DNA of 27,344 nt from Deltaproteobacteria bacterium. GTDB lineage: Bacteria > Myxococcota_A > Polyangia > Polyangiales > Houyiibacteriaceae. The first letter of the stretch is position 1; each line of letters starts with the position of its first letter. The position numbers and the translations under genes were made by a program. Where the stretch lies: the NCBI GenBank assembly GCA_034670305.1, contig JAXMNT010000074.1, positions 1 through 27,344 of the forward strand, written 5' to 3'. Under the pieces are notes generated by a model that was not told the origin of the DNA, did no database searches, and saw only the letters and a list, made by a program, of their open reading frames with translations. This document shows positions 1 to 7,800 of the stretch, piece by piece.

Positions 1-41
1 TCGCGATGCTCGTCGCGCTGATCAAGCGATCTGACCGCTGA
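1..41 (+). CDS. 3' end of a truncated CDS (..AMLVALIKRSDR*), possibly a four-helix-bundle protein
   Basis: Frame starting at position 3 is open to TGA at 39-41. AMLVALIKR resembles the C-terminal helix of the four-helix-bundle protein at 11595-11909 (CAMLYKLSR). Only 12 full sense codons are visible. Confidence 0.35.
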   Translation, partial: AMLVALIKRSDR

Positions 42-42
42 T

Positions 43-125
43 CCGCGGGCAAGGGCAAAGGCAAGGGCAGGGGCAAGGGGCAGGCTGCGAGAACGCCCTG
101 CGGGCGTTCTTCAGCAACCTGCTAG
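43..125 (-). repeat. Composite repeat element: CTAG + CAGG..CCTG hairpin + (TTGCCC)n
   Basis: The minus strand reads CTAGCAGGTTGC..AGAACGCCC-GCA-GGGCGTTCT..GCAGCCTG followed by about 6 degenerate TTGCCC units (GGGCAA on +, 47-83). The same layout occurs at 27204-27267. Confidence 0.7.
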
Positions 126-184
126 AGTCAGCCCACCTCGAAGCAAGCGATGGTTCGCATCGGGCCGAGGCCAACTGACATAGC

Positions 185-895
185 TCACTTCGATCCGTGT
201 GGGTCCAAGTTGCGCAGCGCTTCGCGGCGGCTGAGCCCGCTGAGCCGGGCTTCGTGCTTCTTCACGTAGGCGACCACCCAGCCGGGATGAAATCGGGTCA
301 GATCCCGGAGGGCCCAGCCGATGGCTTTGCGCAGAAAGAACTCCTTCGAATCGATCGAAGGCGCCATGCAGTCTTCGAGCAGTTTCAGGTCCGTCGCTTC
401 CTTGAACCGAAGCTGACAGAGAATGCTCGTGCGGCGTTTCCACAGGTCGTCGCCCTTCGACCACCGGCGCATCGTCTTGGACATCGCCTTCGGATCCGAT
501 CGCACGACGGGGCCCACGCAGTGCGCGGCGATCTCATCGACGTAGTCCCACCACGCGCCGGTCACGATCATCTCTTCGAACATCGGGAGCGCGGCGGGCA
601 CATAGTACTTCCGCGGGTGTGGCGTCTTCCGGACGAACGCGAGCGCCGCGTAGCGCTCCTCTCGAAACTCCGCCTTCCGCCACAACTCGAGCGTCGTGTC
701 CCGCACGTCTTCCCACGGCAGCGCCGGAAGCGCGGCCAAGAGCGGACGCAGGGCTTGGTTGCGCGGCGTCTTCTTCACCCCGAGGAACGGCATCTCGGAC
801 TTCATGTACGCCTGCATCGGTGCGGCGTCCTCCGGCACGGCCGCGCTGCGGAGCGCCGCCCGCACCTCGCTCACGAACTTCCGCCGCACCACCAT
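185..895 (-). CDS. DNA alkylation repair protein (AlkD-like HEAT-repeat glycosylase)
   Basis: Motifs AYMKSEMPFLGV, FREERYAA, WWDYVD, LWKRRTSI and EFFLRKAIGWALR are typical of this family. ATG 895 is preferred over GTG 901 because TAGAGT (-10) lies 6 nt upstream. Confidence 0.9.
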   Translation of the reverse strand: MVVRRKFVSEVRAALRSAAVPEDAAPMQAYMKSEMPFLGVKKTPRNQALRPLLAALPALPWEDVRDTTLELWRKAEFREERYAALAFVRKTPHPRKYYVPAALPMFEEMIVTGAWWDYVDEIAAHCVGPVVRSDPKAMSKTMRRWSKGDDLWKRRTSILCQLRFKEATDLKLLEDCMAPSIDSKEFFLRKAIGWALRDLTRFHPGWVVAYVKKHEARLSGLSRREALRNLDPHGSK

Positions 896-918
896 CCGCA
901 CACTCTAGCGGAGGCTGG

Positions 919-1004
919 GCTTCTGCTTCTGCTTCTGCTTCTGCTTCTGCTTCTGCTTCTGCTTCTGCTTCCGCTTCCGCTTCCGTTTCCGCGTCCGCTT
1001 CCGC
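919..1004. repeat. Hexamer microsatellite (GCTTCT)n grading into (GCTTCC)n
   Basis: Tandem hexamers seen directly in the intergenic space. Confidence 0.95.
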
Positions 1005-1012
1005 TCAGGCGC

Positions 1013-2896
1013 TCAGGGGCACAGCCCGGTGATGGTGACCGAGGGCATGTCCTGATCGGAGAACGGCGTGCCCTTGTAGGAGTACGTCTCCTGCCGACCC
1101 GCGCCGACCGCGGCGGTGACGCCGAAGCGCATCGGCGAGCCCGCTGGCACGGTGAGCCCGCAGGGCGTGCCGCCCGCGCCGCATCCGTGGACCGCCGACC
1201 AGGCGCCGCCTGTGAAGAAGCGCACCCGCACTTCGGTCTCGTCCGCTGTCGTGCCGGGACGGTCCGGCATGACCACCAGCTCCACCCGTTCGTAGAGCGT
1301 GCTCACCGACGCTGGGTTCGGCACCCGGACGATCACCGGATCGATCCCGCTGGCGGACAGTCGGCGCAGCACCAGCGAGTCGGTGTCGTCGCTCGGGTCG
1401 TCCTCTTGGTACCGGCGCCACTCGAGCGCGAACCCGTCTCGGTCGCGCGGCACGCCGAGCGCTGCGCCACCGGGTCCGAGGACGAGCGCGCCACCCTCGA
1501 TCACCGCGACGAATGCCCAGCCATCGCCGAGCGGCTGCGTGGCCCCGGCTGGGGCGCCCGAGACCACGTCCCCCGCGAACATTGCGCCGCCATATCCAAT
1601 CGGCTCGGTGGTGGGTGAGAAGGCCCCACCCACACGGGGCGCGGCGTCGTCGTACTGCACCAGCACCGTGTTGCTGCCCCGGCCACCGACGAACCGCGCA
1701 TGGCCGAGGAACAGAGGCGTGTCCTCGAGGAACTCGTACGTGCGGGAGGCGCTCGCAAACGTCATCTCCGCCGCCGGACCGCTCCCGGTGTCGTCGCAGT
1801 AGTCGCAGGTCGCGGCGGTCTCGCCACACGAGAAGTCGCGCGTTGCCCACGCGCAGGTGTCGTCCGTGCACACCCGTTCGCATCCAGACCGCCCGCAGGC
1901 ATTCGTGCCGGTCTCCATCTGGCCCGGCGTGCACTCGAAGTCTTCGTCGGTGTCGCCGTCGCAGTCGTTGTCGAACGAATCGCAGAACTCGTCGGCCGGT
2001 TCGACCCGATCGACGCACACGCTCCACTCGGTCCCGCCGCCACCGTCCGAGAGGCACTGCTGCACGCCCGGCGTGCAGGTGCCGACCGCGTCGCCTGGAC
2101 ACGCGCGCATCTCACCGGAGGTGCAGCTGCAGCCTTCGTTCGCCGCGCCGTCGCAGTCCTCGTCGACGAGCGCCGCGCCGCAGCGTTCTTCTTCGTCCGG
2201 GTTGATGTTCGCGAAGTCGTCGTCGCAGTCGGAGTCGCGCAGCACGTACCCGCCACCCGCGGCGCACGCCAAGATCGTGTCGCCCGGCACTCCGAATCCG
2301 TCGCCGTCCGCGTCACGGTAGAACACCTGGTTCGGGTTCTCGTCGGTCGCCCCGTCGCAGTCCTCGTCGCCGTTGCCGCAGATGTCGTTGACCCCCGGAT
2401 GCACTGCGGGGTCCGAGTCGTCGCAGTCGTCGCCGCACACGAACATGCCGCCCGACCGTTCGTTGCAGCAGGCGTCGTCCACGAACCCGTCTCCGTCCGC
2501 GTCGGGCCCGAGCGTGTTCGGATCGCAGTCTTCGTCGACCCCGGCCGCGTCGCAGATCTCTTCGGCGCCGCCGTAGCGGTTCGGGTTGTCGTCGTCGCAG
2601 TCCGCGCCACCACAGGCCGCGTCTCGCTGCCCGTCACCATCCGCGTCGCGGCAGTCCTCCGCACACATGCGCAGCGTCTCGTCGCAATCGCCGGTGCATG
2701 GGCTGACCGCCGCCACACAGCCGCGCGCGTCGGCCGAGGTCGAAGCCGGGTCGCACCGCTCCACCCCATTGCAGAAGAAGCCGTCGTCGCAGTCGGGACC
2801 GCCGGTGCACATCACCGCGCCGTCGAGCCCACCATCCGAGCTCCCGTCGTCGTCGCCGCAGGCGACGAGCAACGAGAACACCAGCAGCCATTTCAT
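1013..2896 (-). CDS. Lipoprotein with Cys/Asp-rich putative metal-binding repeats (MopE-like DCDD..PG..E.C..DEDCDG) and a C-terminal L-type-lectin-like domain
   Basis: Lipobox MKWLLVFSLLVA-C, repeated DxDGDG and DCDD/DEDCDG units, and a C-terminal GDGWAFVAV..GGAALG..GFALEW..FGVTAAVG segment. ATG 2896 overlaps the upstream stop (ATGA). Confidence 0.8.
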   Translation of the reverse strand: MKWLLVFSLLVACGDDDGSSDGGLDGAVMCTGGPDCDDGFFCNGVERCDPASTSADARGCVAAVSPCTGDCDETLRMCAEDCRDADGDGQRDAACGGADCDDDNPNRYGGAEEICDAAGVDEDCDPNTLGPDADGDGFVDDACCNERSGGMFVCGDDCDDSDPAVHPGVNDICGNGDEDCDGATDENPNQVFYRDADGDGFGVPGDTILACAAGGGYVLRDSDCDDDFANINPDEEERCGAALVDEDCDGAANEGCSCTSGEMRACPGDAVGTCTPGVQQCLSDGGGGTEWSVCVDRVEPADEFCDSFDNDCDGDTDEDFECTPGQMETGTNACGRSGCERVCTDDTCAWATRDFSCGETAATCDYCDDTGSGPAAEMTFASASRTYEFLEDTPLFLGHARFVGGRGSNTVLVQYDDAAPRVGGAFSPTTEPIGYGGAMFAGDVVSGAPAGATQPLGDGWAFVAVIEGGALVLGPGGAALGVPRDRDGFALEWRRYQEDDPSDDTDSLVLRRLSASGIDPVIVRVPNPASVSTLYERVELVVMPDRPGTTADETEVRVRFFTGGAWSAVHGCGAGGTPCGLTVPAGSPMRFGVTAAVGAGRQETYSYKGTPFSDQDMPSVTITGLCP

Positions 2897-4758
2897 GGGC
2901 AAAGGCCGGTCCGAACGACGGACTCACTCAGCGCTGGCTGGAAGAAGGTGTCGGTGCCGGTGCTGAAGGTGCTGCCGAAGTGGTAGCGCTCGCCGGACTG
3001 GATGGTGAACGGACACGGCGTGGCGGCGGTCCCACAGGAGGTGCCCGGTCGCCAGGTGCCCTCGAAGTACTCGATGACCACCTCGGTGTCGTTGGCCGCG
3101 TCACCCGGAAAGTCAGGCGTGATGGTGATACGGACCTGCTGGACACGCCGGGTACCGCTCTCGTTGAGGAGGGAGGTGCGGGCGTCGGGCCCAGGGTTCG
3201 TGACCCGGGACAACACGGGGTCGGCTCCGCCGTTGGTGATGTGCCGCAGAACCAGAGAGTTGGCGAGGTTGGACATGTCGCCTTCCTCATAGAACCGCCA
3301 CTCCGCCGCGAAGCCGTCCCGCCCCCAGGACACCCCGAGCCGGTTGCCGGGTTCGCCCATCAGCGGGTTCGGTGTGACGGTGTCCTCTCGGATCAGGACC
3401 GCTGCCCACCCGTAGAGGGTGGGGTCGTGCGTGGGTTCGTTGACCGACGCACGCACCGAGAAGGTGATGGGTCCATAGCCGATTTCCAAGGGGTCGGTGT
3501 ACGAGATGGCGGTGAAAATCGGACCATCGAACCGCGTTCCGCTCACTGTGATTCCGTCCACCGTGTCGGTCGCGGTCGCAAACGCCATCTCCGGGGCAAG
3601 ACCCATCCCGCTGTCGTCGCAGTAGTCGCACGTGCCGGCGGTTTCGGTGACCGAGTAGTCCGGCGGGCTCCACCGACACACGGTCGGCGATCCCTGCGCC
3701 ACGCAGGTGCGGCTGCCCGAGCGGCCGCAGGCGTTCGCGCCGGTCTCCATCTCACCGCGCACACATTGGAACATCGGCCCGTTGTCGATCATGCCATCGC
3801 AGTTGTCGTCGATCGCGTTGCAGATTTCAGCGGTCGGCTCGGTGGAATCGAGGCACGCGCCCCAGACGGTCCCGCCCTCACCGTTGAGCACACAGGTCTG
3901 GGTGCCGAACGCACACGGGCCGACGTCGGTCGTACCGCACTGCATGGTCGCGCCGAGGGTGCAGGCGCAGCCTTCGTTCGCGCTGCCGCTGCAGTCTTCG
4001 TCCGTCGCGTCTTCATCGCACAGCTCGGTCGCGCCAGGGTTGATGTCGCCGTCGTCGTCGTCGCAGTCGCCGTCCACGCGCGCGAAGCCCGCCGCCGCCG
4101 AACACGCCATCGAGGGCATGCTCGTGTCGCCGTAGCTGTCGCCGTCCATGTCGCGGTAGACGACCTCGTTCGGGTCTTCGTCGATGGCCCCGTCGCAGTC
4201 CTCGTCGCCGTTGCCGCAGAGGTCCATCTCGTCCGGGTTGATCGCGACGTCGGTGTCGTCGCAGTCGAGGCCGCAGAGCGGCGCGCCGGCCAACTGCGGG
4301 TTGCAACACGCGGTCGAGATGTAGCCGTCCATGTCGAGGTCCGGACCGATGGTCGACGGGTCGCAGTCCTCGTCGCGGTCGTTGCAGATCTCTTCGTTGC
4401 CCGGGAAGCGGTTCGGGTCCGCGTCGTCGCAGTCGGTGCCGCCGCAGTCGATGTCGGTCGCTCCGTCCCCGTCCGCGTCGGGACACTCCCCGTCTTCGCA
4501 ACGGTCCATCGCTTCGTCGCACGCGCCCGAACAAGGCGCCGTGCCGAGCACGCACCCGCGCCCGTTGGCAGCCGGGTTCGATGGATCGCAGCGCTCCGGG
4601 CCATTGCAGTAGAAGCCGTCGGAACAGTCGGCGGCGGTTGTGCAGGTCTCGCCGGTGCTCCCATCGGTCCCGCCATCCACGCTGGTCCCGTCGTCGTCGC
4701 CGCATCCGACGGCGGCGACCAGAACAAGAAGAAAAACCGGGAGTGTCCGTGCGTCCAT
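2893..4758 (-). CDS. Paralogous lipoprotein with putative metal-binding repeats and an L-type-lectin-like C-terminus
   Basis: Lipobox LVAAVG-C and the same repeat order as 1013-2896, with C-terminal YGWAAVLI..GNRLG..GFAAEW..YHFGSTFSTG. Both proteins end TGLCP. Start 4758 chosen from signal-peptide length and CATGAT 7 nt upstream. Confidence 0.8.
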   Translation of the reverse strand: MDARTLPVFLLVLVAAVGCGDDDGTSVDGGTDGSTGETCTTAADCSDGFYCNGPERCDPSNPAANGRGCVLGTAPCSGACDEAMDRCEDGECPDADGDGATDIDCGGTDCDDADPNRFPGNEEICNDRDEDCDPSTIGPDLDMDGYISTACCNPQLAGAPLCGLDCDDTDVAINPDEMDLCGNGDEDCDGAIDEDPNEVVYRDMDGDSYGDTSMPSMACSAAAGFARVDGDCDDDDGDINPGATELCDEDATDEDCSGSANEGCACTLGATMQCGTTDVGPCAFGTQTCVLNGEGGTVWGACLDSTEPTAEICNAIDDNCDGMIDNGPMFQCVRGEMETGANACGRSGSRTCVAQGSPTVCRWSPPDYSVTETAGTCDYCDDSGMGLAPEMAFATATDTVDGITVSGTRFDGPIFTAISYTDPLEIGYGPITFSVRASVNEPTHDPTLYGWAAVLIREDTVTPNPLMGEPGNRLGVSWGRDGFAAEWRFYEEGDMSNLANSLVLRHITNGGADPVLSRVTNPGPDARTSLLNESGTRRVQQVRITITPDFPGDAANDTEVVIEYFEGTWRPGTSCGTAATPCPFTIQSGERYHFGSTFSTGTDTFFQPALSESVVRTGLCP

Positions 4759-4870
4759 GCACGCCATCATGCAGGTTTCGGTCCGCAACGCCACTGCGGG
4801 AAACGCACTCCTTTCCACGCCACCGTCGTGCAAGTGCACAACAGCCATGCACACGAAGTGCAGCCGAGAC

Positions 4871-7800
4871 TCAAAGCGCTTCGCACCTCAACGGGCCACT
4901 CCTGCAGACGCCGAGTTCTCCCGCGTCGTCGACACAATCGTCGCCAGCTGCGACGCACGCGCCCCCGACGAAGGCTGCCACCTCCGCCGCGGTCCCGAAC
5001 AACGCATGAAGCTTCGCGAGAAACTCGACGGTCCGCGCTCGGCCTTCAAAGCTCTCACCGAATGCGTCGCGAAGGCGCACGGCGACGCCTTCGTCGTCCG
5101 GAAGCACATAGCCCAATTGCGCCATTCGCCCGCGTTGCTCGGCGGTGAGATGACTCTCGCTTGGAGGAGGGTCCCCAGGAAGGTGATCGCCGAGATACAC
5201 CGCGGTGGCCAACTGAAGGAACTGGTCGTCGCTGGCGTGTCGAACGGTCTCGAAACCGAGCCCGAACGGTTCCCGCTCAACGAATGCGCTGTCACGGAAG
5301 GCCACGTAGGTGGCCTCGGTCACGGTGTGGTCGCGCACTCGCGAGAAGTCGAGACCCTCAGAGAGCCCGGACGGTATCCGCGGGCAGCCGACCGAGCCGC
5401 TGACGCACACGAACTGGCGCACATCGGGCCGCCGACTGTCGGTGGTCGCCAGATTGACTGCGCCAAGGAGTGCGACCCATCGGCCAATCCTGGGCAAGGT
5501 GCTTGAGACTGGTGTCAGCGGCAGGAGGCGCAGCTCCGGAGTCAAGCAATCGTCACCCGGCGCGACCCCACCTGGACAGTTTCCCTGGAACAGGTCTCGG
5601 TGAACGACGCGGGCACCCTCGCAATCACCCGGCGAACAGTCCAACCAGGGACCGAGGAGCGACCCGGTCCGGGTCGGGAAACCGCCTTCGATCACCGACT
5701 CCACTTCGGGCGCAAAACCATCCCACACACTCGCCGACGTGCCGAGCGTGTCGCGGCTGGTCAGCACCTCCGTCGCGAAGACGGCGTCGGGCCAGGAGCC
5801 GACTGCCGAACGTGGATCGCCGACCGAGTCGAAGGGACGGAACGTTCCGATAGGCAGGCTCAGATTGACGAGGGCACCCGTTGCGGGCTCGAGCCGGTCG
5901 GCGCTGGTCCCGAGGTCACCAAGGTCCGCCGCCCAAGGACCCGCGACGATCCTGGAGACGAGGTTTGCGGTGTCCGCGACCGCGAAGCCGAGGTCGTATC
6001 CGACGAACGCGCCGTCGCGTGCCGCCAGATCGTCCTGGAAGAACCCGGCCGCGATCCGCACGGTCGGTTCGAAGATGCGCGCGAGTTCGGCCTGGTGCTG
6101 GCCCGGCGAGAACGAGGCGCGGCCGAGTCGATGGGTACGGACGACCCATGTCTGCTCGTACCGCAGCGCCCGGTCCCTCAAGACGGCGCGCGCACTCGAC
6201 CCGTGGTCGCGCAACGTGCAGCGCGGCAACCGATCGTCGAGGCCACACGACTGAAACTCGATGGCCAACCAGGGCTCTGGCATCGCCGCGAGGTCGTCGG
6301 TGAACGATGAGCAAACGGATGCGCCATTGCAGCTCTGCACCAGACCGCTCGCAGTGTTGCCCGCTGTCAGTTCGGCAGCACGTGCGCCGCTGGCGCTGTA
6401 CGGGCACACGATGGCGGCGCTGCAGCTCTCACCACCCCGGTACGTCCGGACCGCGACGCGGCGGGTGTTGAGCGGCGTGACGTCCGCCACCGGCAGCGGT
6501 GCGCGGTTGGTGCCGCTCGGGTCCTTGGTGTTGTCGTAGATCTCGCTGAGCCCGAGGTACGCGTGGGCCAGTGCAAACGAGTCGTAGCGACCGGTAGAAC
6601 GCATTGGAAGCACCGCGCTTCGTGAGACGTCGAGCACCGTCGAGGTCTGCGCCTCGGCGGCGCCGGCACGCTCCCGCTCCAGGAGTACGGCGTCAAACGC
6701 ACGGCGGTGCACGTCCATGTCCACGAAGCGGTCGTCGGGGTCGGGGCTGGCCGGCAATGCGATCGAGGCGTCGGTTGCCAGCGCGAGGTCCCCATGGTTC
6801 GCGCCGTCGCTCGAACCTGCGAGGTTTGGCTCCAAGCCGAGGGCGCGGCCGACCGAGAAGAGCATCGCGCCCCGTGCGATTCGGCGGCTCACCGCAAAAC
6901 GGAACCCATCGCGGCTCGTGGACTCGGCGAGCAACGCCAGCGTCGAATCCCATGCGTCGGAACCGGAGCGACGCAGCATGCCGGCGCGCAGCGCATCGAG
7001 CTCCTCCGACCGCCAGGCGTCGAGGCGCTCGCCGATCGGTCGGCGGATGGGCGAACCGGCGCGAATCATCGCCTCGGTGGCGTCGCCCACCGCTTCGGTG
7101 TTCGCGAAGTACGCCGCGTCTTCGAGACCCAAGAGTTCTTGTTCGATCTCGGTGTCGCGCAGGCGACCGATGCGCATCTCGGACAACAACCGCCCTTCCG
7201 GTCCATCCAGCAGGGCAGCGCGTGCGAGCGCCGCGGCCCGGCGGCTTTGCATGGCAGCCCGCGCGTTGGCGTTCGTCACGACGCCTGCATGAACGGCAGG
7301 TGCGGCGGCGGTGGGCGGCTCCACCAGACCTGGCTGATCGATGTCGGTCGCCCCTTCGGTCGTTCCGTCCACGTAGAGGTCACGCCAGCGAAGGGCGAGG
7401 TCGACGAGCGCGTCGAGGGAACCGGTGCCCAACCGAACCGAGCCGCCGCGTGCTTTGCCCGTGACCGGGTCGCCGGTGATGTCCCCGAAACCGAGGAACC
7501 GTTCGGTGGCATCGGCACCGATGGAGAGGACGCGTGGATCGCCCGTGCCGAGGTAGGCCGGATCCGCATCGGCATCGAGACGTCGGAAGATGCACTCATC
7601 GCCGACCAGCTGCGCGCCGCTCCAGGCGCCGAAGTCAGCCGCGGCGACGGCACCCTCCCAGTTGGGATCGGCGGATGCATCGATGTCGATGTGGCACCGG
7701 ATCGGGTTCTGCGCCCCAGCAGTTTCAGCGGCCTCCGGGGTCAGGAGCGGATCGTAGGCACCCGGACAAGTTGGGTTGAGCGCGTCCGCGCAGAAGCAGT

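Noticed and set aside
126-184. Weak nested inverted repeats (GTCAG/CTGAC, CCTCG/CGAGG) after the alkD-like stop
   Set aside because: The stems are only about 5 bp, which is expected by chance at this GC content.
1013-4758. DGR-like or recent DNA-level duplication between the two lipoprotein paralogues
   Set aside because: The similarity is at the protein-motif level with many synonymous and non-adenine differences, consistent with an old duplication.
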